Source: Carcharhinus amblyrhynchos (lineage: Eukaryota). Taken from it: a stretch of DNA of 64,000 nt. A program made the position numbers and the translations under genes. This document shows positions 50,761 to 62,060 of this stretch, one piece after another (position 1 is the first letter of the stretch; each line of letters begins with the position of its first letter). Location of the stretch: contig OZ336885.1 in assembly GCA_965287045.1 (NCBI GenBank), positions 13,330,001 to 13,394,000 on the forward strand, written 5' to 3'. Below the pieces are notes generated by a model. The model was not told the origin of the DNA, did no database searches, and saw only the letters and a list, made by a program, of their open reading frames with translations.

Positions 50761-53550
50761 GTAGCAGCAGCTATACAGCTTTTCGCTGCAAACCAATCAT
50801 ATCCTACCATGTAGTGTTTAACCAATAGCAGCACAGAATAGGTTAAAGATTGACAATTGCTGTAGCCGGACTCAGAAAGGCCTTCTGGAAATTTCCTCCA
50901 TCTTTGTTCCACCAAAACAAGGTAAATTCAGCCAAGCTGAAGAACTTTATATGTTTTTAGTGTTTAAAAGAAGTTATGATGCTCGCTGTCGTTTATGTAA
51001 CATACCCTACATGGCTAAAAGGAAGCAATTTCTGCAGTTTTTGTTAACAATGTTGTACTTGATGCTGATGGGATCTGCTGTTCAGGCTGTGAGACAAGAA
51101 CAGAGAGCCCAGTGCATTAACTTCTTGTGCCCAGGACCCTCCTTTAATGATGTGCTGGCAGCTCTATGCTGCATTATTCTGTTGTTACAATAACTATAGC
51201 AAAAACACAAAAATTGTGAATTGATAAAAATACTGATGTAATTCAGTGCCTAGGAGAAGCAAATGTCATGCCCAAGGTAAAAAGCTGGTTCAAACCGGTC
51301 TGAGCAAGTCTGCCATTGCTGCATCCACAATAGAGCTGCTTTTTAAAAAATATTTCAAGCCCACTGAATGAGAGTGATGGTCGTGTTGTCAGGATCTGGG
51401 CTACATTTTTAGAGCTGTAATGAAAAAGATTAATTTTACACGTATTCAGTTTACAGTCAAAAAATATTTTCTATAAATATCACTGGGATTCTAAATGGCA
51501 TTTAATACAAATGTAATGTAGGTATGGTTTTGTATTTGTATTTCTTCTGCGTGGAATAGTTCCTGAATTAAAAGCATTGGTTCCATTTAGTACAGTGGCT
51601 GCCTTGCAGTGCAGTCTGATGCAGTTACTTTCTGTTGATTTAATAGACTTAATTGTGTCCTAAATGGTTCTGTTATGCAGGATTGCAGGCTTGACAATTG
51701 CCAGAGTGATTATGAAGAGTGCCACCATTTTAGACACAGATAGGAGCAGACGGACGGTGCCAGGTTCCATTTTTAGACTCTACATATTGTAAACACTGTG
51801 TATAGGACAATTAAATGGTTGATAATGGTATACGCAGGGCAAACTGAGCTTTCCGACTGTATTCAGGATTTCTGTTTGTTTTCTTTCAAAATAACCTGAA
51901 AAAAATCTGGGGGAAATTAATTCTACAATTCATTTGAGTATTTATATTCTTAAGCCTTCAGTATTTCTAAAACCAAGGGACTATTTGCTTATTTAATTGG
52001 GGATTTTATATGGTTGTGTGGATAGTGCAGGCAAGGTGACCTGTACAAAGCCATTCTTTTTGTTGAGGCATTTTTGATGAATCCTTGAATGCACTTTCCT
52101 TCTGAGTTTGTGCAGGCACATAAGATATTGATGCTGTTATTGTTCGGTGGTAAATAGCCAGCAATCTTCTGCTACAGAGTATCTTTGTTATGAATTCATC
52201 TGGTTGCATGATGTTGTAATCTATTTGCTATCATCACAAACCTCTGTAATATGAACATAGACCACGGTTTTGATGCAAAAGGAAGTAGTCTGTGCACGGT
52301 AAGTAATGGGAGGTTTTCTACTTATTCCTTTTAAAATATTATATTTGCTGTGTTGTCAAATCAAATGACAGTCAGAATGGGTTTAGACCATAATTTGAGG
52401 TTCAGTTGATTTACATAATTCATGTGCCGTGCTAGCCATTCGACGTAGGACATGTAACATACAATTGTGTACATGATACTAAAATGAGAGAGTATTGTGG
52501 GTTAAATCTTAAGGTCCACATTCTGAGTGCAACACCTGCCTCCACCACCCCAGATATAAACTGCAAGTTTTGTTTCCTGGGTCTGACTAATTTTATATTG
52601 TTTGCAATCCTATAAACTGCTTTGCAAGTCTCTTCTGCTTCTCTATTATGGACTGAATTGTTTGTTTTATTTGTAGCCCATAAATGTTTTAAGTATTCCA
52701 TTACATCATTTTGTAGAATAAAATTACACACAATTCTTCATACAGCAGATATACGAGATATGTTATAACTCATTCGGCATGTCAAATATCACGAGTTGAA
52801 GATAACTGAAAAACCAGAGAGCAACAGATGGTTATTTCAGTTTTGCCAGTGGGGCGATTTATTATGTTGATGTATTTATAACACAGTTGAATCATTTATA
52901 AAGCATTGTGATTGGGGAGAAAAATCAATGGAAGATTCCAGTCGTGAGAAGAACAGATACAAAAAAAGTAAACAAGTGCACTGAGCACTAATGCAGCCTG
53001 CTGCATAAGCACCTGCAATTGCTATTTTTATAGATTGTTGTTTAATCATTATCTGTCTACTTTCACCTCCCACCACCCTGAAACATTCTTCTTGCTCCTG
53101 TAGGCACTAGCTCATGCTGAACTATGAATTCAATAATATTTGGCCAAATGGTCATTTTTTGTATGTGAGCCTTAAAATGAGTGTCAGCATTTTGGTGTTA
53201 TCTTGGTAGAGACTGATCACTTTCTAAAAAAGGGATTCAAACTTCCAGTTACTCTTTGAAAAAATGATATCACAAGATTTCACATTTTAAAACTTTGAGT
53301 ACAATGGCTAAAAGCGCTATTGACAAAATACTTTTCTGTAGTCACTCTTTACTTTAAAGAGAAGAATATTCCTCTTTATATGCTTGCCACACATCACATA
53401 CACCATGGAATCACAACCTTTGTAGTAAGCAGTCCAAAGTTGCTCTCTGCTTCCAATGGGTACCATCTTCCTGTTTCACCTGAGAGGTGATGGCCTAGTG
53501 GTATTATCGCCTCACTATTAATCCACAAACTCAGCTAATGTTCTGGGGAC

Positions 53551-53633
53551 AAAGGGTCGTATGGAATCGAAACGTCAGCTTCTTTCTGTCCTTACAGATG
53601 CTGCCGGACCTGCTGAGATTTTCCAGCATTTTG
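53551..53633 (+). mobile_element. Short insertion from a second putative Penelope family, with the 3' half of a hammerhead
   Basis: CGAAACGTC (palindromic ACGT) then CAGATGCTGCC.GACCTGCTGAG..TTTCCAGCA; 13-bp TSD ATGTTCTG[G/A]GGAC. Confidence 0.6.
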
Positions 53634-53813
53634 ATGTTCTGAGGACCTGGGTTCAAATATCACTACAATAAATGTTGGAATTTGAATTCAATGAAAAATA
53701 TCTGGAATTAAGGATCTACTGATGACCATGAAATCATTTGTCAATTGCCGGAAAAACCCATCTGATTCGCTAATATCCTTTCGGGAAGGAAGTCTGCTGT
53801 CCTTGCCTGTTTG

Positions 53814-55535
53814 AAGTCTCTCAACACCAGGTTAAAGTCCAACAGGTTTATTTGGTGGCAAAAGGCACTAGCTTTTGGAGCGCTGCTGCTTCGTCGGTTA
53901 AGTGGGAGTTCTGTTCACAAACAGGGCATATAAAGACACAACACAATTTACAAAATAATGGTTGGAATGCGAGTCTTTACAGGTAATTCAGTCTTAAAGG
54001 TACAGACAATGTGAGTAAAAGAGGGTTAAGCACAGGTTAAAAAGAGATGTGTATTGTCTCCAGCCAGGACAGGTATGAGATTTGGCAAGCTGTGGGGGTT
54101 GCAGATAATGTGACATGAACCTAAGATCCCGGTTGAGGCCGTCCTCCTGTGCAGAACTTGGCTATCAGTTTCTGCTCAGCAACTCTGCGTTGTTGTGTGT
54201 CGTGAAGGCCACCTTGGAAAACACTTACCCAAAGATCAGAGGCCAAATGCCCATGACCGCTGAAGTGTTCCCCAACAGGAAGAGCGCACTCTTGCCTAGT
54301 GATTGTTGAATGGTGTTCATTCATCTGTTTGTCGTAGCGTCTGCATGGTCTCCCCAATGTACCGTGCCTCAGGACATCCTTTCCTGCAGCATATCAAGTA
54401 GGCAATTTTGGCCGAGTTGCAAGAGTATGTATCGCGTACCTGGTGGATGGTGTTCTCACATGAGATGATGGCATCCGTGTCGATGATCTGCATGTCTTGC
54501 AGATGTTGCTGTGGCAGGGTTGTGTGGTGTTGTGGTCACCGTTCTCCTGAAGGCTGAGTGGTATGCTGCAGACAATGATTTGTTTGAAGGCAAGAAGTGG
54601 GGGTGTGGGGATGGCCTTGGCAAGATGTTCAACATGTTATTGATGAAGATGAACCTCTCACCAAGACCATCCTACATCCCCACTTCTTGCCTTCAAACAA
54701 CCGCACAACCTCAAACAGACCACAGGTGCAGCAAACTACCCGGCCTTCAGGAAAATAGTGACTACAACACCACACAATCCTGCCACAGCAACATTTGCAA
54801 GATGTGCCAGATCATCAACATGGATGCCATCATCTCATGCGAGAACACCATCCACCAGGTACGCGGTACATACTCTTGCAGTGTTGTCTACCTGATTATG
54901 CTGCAGGTAAGGATGTCCCGAGGCATGGTACATTGGGGAGACCATGCAGACACTACAACAATGGATGAATGAACACCGCTCGACAATCGCCAGACGAGTG
55001 TTCTCTTCCTGTTGGGGAACACTTCAGCGGTCACAGGCATTCAGCTTCTGATCTTTGGGTAAGCGTTCTCCAAGGTGGCCTTCATGAAACACAACAACGC
55101 AGAGTCACTGAGCAGAGACTGATTGCCAAGTTCCGCACACATGAGGATGGCCTCAACCGGGATCTTGGGTTCATGTCACACTATCTGCAACCCCCGTGAC
55201 TTGCCTGGACTTGCAAAATCTCACTAACTGTCCTGGCTGGAGACAATACACATCTCTTTAACCTGTGCTTAATGCTCTCTCCACTCACGTTGTCTGTCTG
55301 TACCTTTATAAGACTTGATTACCTGTAAAGACTTGTATTCCAACCATTATTTTGTAAATTGAGTTTGTGTCTTTTATATGCCTTGTTTGTGAACAGAACT
55401 CCCACTTGCCTGATGAAGGAGCATCACTCCAAAAACTAGTGGTGTTTGCTACCAAATAAACCTGTTGGACTTTAACCTGGTGTTATGAGACTTCTTTCTG
55501 TGTTTACCCAAATCCAATGCCGGCATCCCCACATC
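53814..55535. mobile_element. Inverted pair of 5'-truncated Penelope-like elements (left arm minus, right arm plus)
   Basis: Both arms carry GIY-YIG remnants (CxxxxCKxC, YSCSVVYLI, PVGEHFSGH, EQRLIAKFRTHEDGLNRD); junction near 54630-54650; mutated hammerheads at about 53866-53900 and 55407-55441. Confidence 0.9.
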
Positions 55536-56825
55536 GTGTTTATCTGGTCTGGCATACAGATCCAAATCCACAGCAATGTGGTTTATTCTCATCTGCCCTT
55601 GGGCAACTAGAGATAAGCAGTAAATGCTGGCCGGCCAGCCAGCAGCTCTCACGTCCCACAAATGAATTTAATAAAAAATTTCAATGATTCTTATTTCCCT
55701 GCCTAGGTGAGAATGAATCTTTGGATGGCTGCAGGATGTGTCACTTCACCCGGAGACCATCTCCCTCCTGCATTTGGCTCTAATAGTGCTCGAGGCATCA
55801 TTTCTTTGCTGACCAGACAGAACAGCTGTCTGTAATTTTGATTTTGCAGGGAAGCCTGTAACTTGATCTTCCCCTGTCATCCTCCCCATGGCAACTAGGT
55901 AGAAATGGTAATTAGGTACTCTTGACCTCTAGTCTCTTTCATCTTGGATGTAATTGGGCATTTAACAGCACAACTGTTAAAATCTGATACTAGTGTACCT
56001 TTCTAGGACTTTTTGGGAGACTTGGGCTTGGATTTTTGCTTTCAAGTGCTGCATCACGTCAGCAGGGAGAAAGAACTATGAACGGTGGGAGCTTCTTTCT
56101 TGCAGAATGGATGCAGGGTGGTGCTTGTTCCAGTGCCCCCAAATGCAGTTTAGAGCTGGGCTTAAGGCAGTCCAGTGCTGCAGCGGATTGTGTAACAGGC
56201 CCACCTTGGTTTTCTGGGACTTCACCCCAGTTGCTTTTAAAAACATTAGGTCATGGAGTCTAGATCCCACATACTCATCAGCCCTTGCCATGCATGCTAA
56301 CTTCATAACCATTGACCACAATGGTAGTTCCATTGTGAATGGAGATTTTTTTTGACGTAGTGATATTGAGTCATATAGGGGGGAATTTTTCTGTTCCTCC
56401 CACTATGGGAATCGTAGCGGGCAGGGAACAATTTAGTATTTAGTAAAGGAGAACCAAAGAAGTGATGAAAGGAAAAGAGAATATGAATACAAGCTAGTGG
56501 GAAACATAAAATGGATTATAAAAGCCTGTTTAGGTGTGTGGAAAAGAAAAGGTTAGCAAGGACAAATATGGTTCCCTTACAGGTGGAGATAGGAGAATTT
56601 ATAACAGAGAATAGGGTGGAGAAACGAGCCCATTGTGTTGTGCATCTTGCAGAAAATCTTTCAGAAATACCAGCGATTTAAGTGACTTGTGAAAATGAGA
56701 AATTGAAATAAATTAGTATTAATAAGGAGGTAGTACTCAAAATTAATTTGTTTGAAGATTGATAAATCCTCTGGACCAGATGAGCTTCATCCCAGAGTGT
56801 TGAAGGAGGTGATTTTTCAGATAAC

Positions 56826-57216
56826 TGGTGGCAGAGTAGTTAGCACTGCTGCCTCTCAGGCAGGGACTGGGTTCAATTCCTGGATTGGGTCACTGTCTGT
56901 GCAGAGTCTGCAGATTCTCCCGTATCTGCATGGGCTTCCTCCGAGTGCTCTGGTTTCCTCCTATAGTCCAGCTGGTTAGGTGCATTGACCATGCTAAATT
57001 CCCCCTCGATGAACTCAGACAGGTGCTGGAGTATGGGGACTAGGGGATTTTCGCAACAACTTCATAAGAACATAAGAACATAAGAAATAGGAGCAGGAGT
57101 AGGCCATCCAGCCCTTCGAGCCTGCCCCGCCATTCAATAAGATCATGGCTGATCTGTCGCTGCTCAGTTCCACTTTCCTGCCCTCTCCCCATAACATTGC
57201 AATGTAAATGTAAACC
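56826..57216 (+). mobile_element. HE1-type SINE interrupted by a 134-bp young CR1 3' end (57063-57196, minus)
   Basis: SINE tail AACTTCAT|TGCA split by (AAGAACAT)n...CCCCATAAC. Confidence 0.8.
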
Positions 57217-57217
57217 C

Positions 57218-58322
57218 ATAGAACATAGAACACTACAGCACAAACAGGCCCTTCGGCCCACGAGTTGCGCCGATCACATCAACACCTGCCAATCTATAGA
57301 CCTATCTATAACCCCCAATCCCATTAAATTCCATATACTCATCCAGAAGTCTTTTAAAAGACCCCAGCAAGTTCGCCTCCACCACCACTGACGGCAGCCA
57401 ATTCCATTCACTCACCACCCTCTGAGTGGAAAAACTTACCCCTAACATCACTTCTGTACTTGCCTCCCCGCACCTTCAATCTGTGTCCTCTCGTAGCGAC
57501 CATTTCAACCCGGGGAAATAGCCTCCACCCTATCTATTCCACTCAACATTTTATAAACTTCTATCAGGTTGCCTCTCAACCTTCGTCTCTCCAGGGAAAA
57601 GAGTCCCAGCTCCCTCAACCTAACTTCATAAGGCATGCCTCCCAGTCCAGGCAACATCCTTGTAAATCTCCTCTGTACCCTTTCAATAGCTTCTACGTCC
57701 TTCCTATAGTGAGGCGACCAGAACTGCGCACAGTACTCCAAATGAGGCCTGACAAGGGTCTTATAAAGTTGCAGCATTACCTCCCGATTCCTAAACTCAG
57801 TCCCTCGATTAATGAAGGCCAGTACACCATACGCCTTCTTGACCACATCCTCCACCTGCGAGGCCAATTTAACAGTCCTGTGGACCCGGACCCCAAGATC
57901 CTTCTGCTCTTCAACACTACTAAGACTCCTGCCCTTGATAGTGTACTCATTCATCCTGTTGGTTCTGCCAAAATGGACGACTACACATTTATCCACGTTG
58001 AAGTCCATCTGCCACTTCTCTGCCCAGTCCTGCATCCTATTTATGTCCTGCTGCAACTTTTGACATCCTTCCAGACCATCCACAACACCACCGACCTTCG
58101 TGTCATCAGCGAACTTACTTACCCATCCCTCCACTTCCTCATCTAGGTCATTTATGAAAATGACAAACAGCAAGGGTCCTAGAACAGATCCCTGGGGCAC
58201 TCCACTGATGACTGACCTCCATGCTGAAAAAGACCCATCCACAACCACTCTCTGCCTTCTGCAGGCAAGCCAGTTCTGGATCCACAAGGCCAAAGGCCCT
58301 TGGATCCCCTACCCCCTCACCT
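57218..58322 (-). mobile_element. CR1 5'-truncated copy with a 262-aa open RT segment (57505-58293)
   Basis: SGVPQGSVLGPLLFVIFINDL, SKFADDTK, VRPHLEYCAQFWSP. Confidence 0.93.
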
Positions 58323-58924
58323 ATCTTTTGTTATCAAAACTACTGAAAAGGGTGGTGCCACTTCAGACTGAGACGGAGAGGAATTTCTTCACAGGGTGCT
58401 GAATCTTTGGAATTCTGTATCCCAGAGGGCTGTGGAAGCTCAATCATTGAGCATGTTCAAGAGAGGAAATTGATTAGATTTCTGGATACTGATGACATCA
58501 AGGGATGTAGGATGGAGGTTGTGGGAACGGCTTAATTGCCCACACTTATTCCAATAATCCCATCCCCGTGGCTCCTTTCTAGCCTCTGTTGCTAACTTAT
58601 GACCCCCAATCTCACCCTTTTCTCTTTCTCACTCTATGCCAACTCACCCAATTTTCACCATGGGTAGACCTCATGAGTCATGCTGAGATAAATAAAAACT
58701 ATGGATAGGATTTTCCAGCCATGCTAGCCCAAAACTGGAAAATAGGACCTGAGGTTAACAAATCTTTGCGTGGTCCTCTCCCCACCTGCTATGATTCCTG
58801 TGGTGGGTGGGACAGAAGAATTCCACCCCCCCCCCGCCCGTATGACTAAATATTACTACATTAAAAAAAATCTCCATTCACAAAAGCCCATTCAAAGCAT
58901 TTAAATCTTACAAAGTACTTAAGT

Positions 58925-59082
58925 TACCTCATAACCCCATGTATTTACACCAGCTAGTCCCCCTGACATTAACGGGCAATTTAGCATGCCCAATGCATCT
59001 AACCTGCACACCTTTTGGAATGTAGGAGGAAACTGGAGCACCCAGAGGAAACCCACGCAGACACAGGAAGAATGTGCAAGCT

Positions 59083-59145
<63 letters not shown>

Positions 59146-59210
59146 CACCCAAGGGTGGAATTGATCCTGGATCCCCGTGAGGCAGCAGTACTAATCACTG
59201 TGCCATCGTG
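58925..59210 (-). mobile_element. HE1 SINE with internal (CA)n expansion
   Basis: GAGGAAACCCACGCAGACAC...CTCCA(CA)nGTCACCCAAG. Confidence 0.88.
59084..59143. repeat. (CA)30 microsatellite
   Basis: Perfect dinucleotide run. Confidence 0.97.
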
Positions 59211-59379
59211 AAAATTAGAAGACAAACTTCAGTAAAAACAAGTATTTGCAGATAAACTAAGGAACTTCTGTTTTCTGCTAATGCTGAGCACTCTATTGGA
59301 AATGGACAAATGTAATATTTTCCAATGCATTAGAAGCAAAGCTAGTTCACTCTATTTGGTGACCAGACTAATATTGTCT

Positions 59380-59722
59380 TTAATCATCTGTGGAGTATGG
59401 CCATTGTTGGCTGGCCTACAGTTATTGCCCATCCCTACTTGTCTGAGGGCAGTTGAGAGTTAACCATATTGCTATGGCTCTAGAGTCACATGTAGGCCAG
59501 ACCAGGTAAGGTCAGTAGACTTCCTTCCGTAAAGGACATTAGTGAATCCAATGGGTTTTTCCAACAATTGACAATGGTTTCGTGGTCATCAGTAGATTCT
59601 TAATTCTAGATTTGTTTTATTGAATTCAGATTCCACCATCTGCCATGGTGGGATTCGAACCTGGGTCTTCAGAATGTTAGCTGCGTTTCTGGATTAATAG
59701 CCTAGTGATGATACCTCTGCCT
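59380..59722 (-). mobile_element. tRNA-derived SINE, same family as 53484
   Basis: GGGATTCGAACCTGGG B-box on the reverse strand; collinear body. Confidence 0.8.
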
Positions 59723-60074
59723 CCCCCTTGTCAGATGTGTAATCAGATAGGTGAATTAGATGAGCAATTTCCTTTGTAATTTACTGTAACTACTTCATAT
59801 TGAAATCAACAAGATTGTTATCTTGAAACTGGAAGATTTCCTCAAAGTGCAACAATACCATAATGTTAAGTATTATATTTTATTGGGGAGAGGCTGAGCA
59901 AGGAGGAGCTGAAATGTCCCTTTTTGGGAAAGGGGCAAAGAAACTATGGAAGCTAATGGATGGATATATTGTTTCTTGGCATAAACCATATTTGCTGTAG
60001 TCAAGTATATTTAGGGTAGCGGTTTCAAATAAAAAGGATATTTCTGCAAATATTTGTTTGCAGTGTGGTGTTCA

Positions 60075-60400
60075 ACGAGGTATGGTGATCAAAATCCAGA
60101 GGGGTGTGTGCAGAGCACAAAATAGTTGGCGAAATGGTTTAGAACCGGAGGACACCAACTTATGATAATTGGCAAAAGAACCAGAGGCGCCATGAGGAAA
60201 ATTTTTTTGCAGCAAATGGTTAGGATCTTGAATGTATTGTCTGAGAGTGAGGTGGAGGCAGATTCAATTATGGCTTTCAAATACAAATTGGATAAATGCT
60301 TGAAGAGAGAAAATTTGCAGGGCTTTGGGGAAAGTGGGGGGGAATGGAACAAATTGAGTTGCTCTCATAAAGAACTGGCACAGATGCAATGGGTTGAATA
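60075..60400 (+). mobile_element. Old CR1 3' end
   Basis: RTGGHQL...VEADSIMAFKYKLDKCL. Confidence 0.7.
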
Positions 60401-60479
60401 GATTTTTCAAAAAAATATTTTTGCAGTATTCTTTAAGTATTTTCTTTTGCTCTTTCTTTTATGTAGTTTGGCTGAAGAC

Positions 60480-61244
60480 CCGCCTAAACAGGAGCAGGAG
60501 GAGGAAGAGGAGGAGGAGATGGAGATCTCAACCAGATCAAGAGGTGAGTAAAAGAAAACATCTTGCATCCGTCCTCTTTGTCTACAATGATGGATACTTT
60601 GGTGTGCGTTTAACTCTCATTATCTGCACAACACTGGACCAAGAGCTGGAAATACTATTAGGCTGGCTATCCATTTGTCAGCAAGTGCTGACACCTTGGG
60701 GGTGATCTTAAGATCCCTCCCTCCACAGATCCTGAATGCAGAGTCACAGGGTGTCCCTCTTTCTCCCACCACCAATCCCTAATGTCGAGTAGCAGTGGGT
60801 TCCCCAGTCTGGTCCTGCTCATCTCTGCCTCTGCCACCTTCCTACTGTCAGAGTGCCTGGAAATTCCCAAGGGGCACCCCACCCTTGCCCCCGACCACTC
60901 AGGTGGGGGCACCTCAATAGCTTCTGATTCTACCAGTGAGGCCATCCCTTTTGTTGGGAACCAGCTATGATTCTCGCTGGATGGAATCTCCCAGTAAGGT
61001 CAGAGAGGCAAGTGAGCCTGGACAATAACATCCCAAGCTCATTAAATCAATGCTAAATTGATTTAAATTTAAATAAATTATTAAGCGTCGTGCTGGAAAT
61101 GACCGCAAGGCTGATCTCGCCAGATATCCAGTGCTAGTAAGAGAGGTGAGAAATTGGGCGTGAATCTGATTTTTCAGCTCTTTCATGATCTTACTGGCTC
61201 ACCCCGCCCATCGGCCAGCATGGTGCAACAGTAAGATTGTCCCC
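60480..61244. mobile_element. Harbinger-like fragment
   Basis: (GAG)n acidic tract, GC-rich body, terminus GTAAGATTGTCCCC resembling other TIRs. Confidence 0.4.
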
Positions 61245-61747
61245 GATTTGGGTCAAATGGCCTGCTTCCAGTCTACTCCAATGAGTTGACATATTCCATC
61301 ATTGAATATGTCCACAACTTGAGACTGATAGTTTTTAGGGATCAAGGAGTACATGGAACAGGGAGGAAAGTGGAAGATTAGCCATGATCTTATTCAATAT
61401 CAGGCTTGGGAGGGGACAAGAGCGGTTGTGTGGTCTACTGCTGCTTCCATTCTTAAGATTCAACGTCACTGATGCCCAATGGCTGCAGCATGTCCCATCT
61501 ATAACGTGCTGCTGCAATTTGTCAAGGCTTCTATTCTATGATTCTGAGCTGCTTCCAGCCCTATGACCTCAACCACTTCAAAGAACCAACATGTACGTAG
61601 AAATAGAATCATCATTTTCTGTTCAAATCACAAATCACCCTGGGTTAGAAATATATTTCAGTCCTTTGTCACTGCTGGACTAAAATCCTGGAGCTCCCTA
61701 CATAACAGCCCTCTACCATGGGTGTCGGTGTACCTGCACCTTACGAG

Positions 61748-62060
61748 GCAGTATGGTGGCACAGTGGTTATCATTGCTGCCTTACAGCACCAGAACCAAT
61801 GTTCAGTTCCAGCCTTGGGTGACTGTGTAGAGTTTGCACGCTCTCCCATGTCTGTGTGCATTTCCTCCGGGTGTTCCGGTGTCCTGTCACAGTTCAAAGA
61901 TGTGCAGGTTTGGTTAATTGGCTGTGCTGAATTGTCCCTTGGTGTCAGAGATTTGCAGGGTAAATATGCGGGGTTACGAGAATAGGCCCTGGGTGAGATT
62001 CTTAGTGTTGCGGGCTCAATGAACCAAATGGCCTTTATCAGCACGTAGAATTCTACAATT
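61748..62060 (+). mobile_element. HE1 SINE nested in a second-family LINE 3' end
   Basis: GGCAGTATGGTGGCACAGTGGTTA head; LINE tail resumes at about 62095. Confidence 0.85.

Larger units (their letters stand above)
53484..55670 (+). mobile_element. tRNA-derived SINE split by two Penelope-related insertions
   Basis: Head GATGGCCTAGTGGTATTATCGC; segments 53484-53550, 53634-53809, 55536-55670 are collinear with the copy at 59380-59722. Confidence 0.8.
56450..58520 (+). mobile_element. Old CR1 (56450-56812, 58335-58520) hosting a nested SINE and two CR1s
   Basis: KIDKSSGPDELHPRVLKEV; resumes RNFFT..NLWNS. Confidence 0.7.

Noticed and set aside
53484-53660. tRNA gene (also 63640-63712)
   Set aside because: Degenerate tRNA-derived SINE heads that continue into SINE bodies; no full cloverleaf
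57505-58293. 262-aa reverse transcriptase ORF as a functional gene or retron-like system
   Set aside because: 5'-truncated CR1 ORF2 lacking the endonuclease and N-terminal RT motifs, and frameshifted at the C-terminus
58919-59180. CVCVCV / HTHTHT ORFs
   Set aside because: Translations of the (CA)n microsatellite
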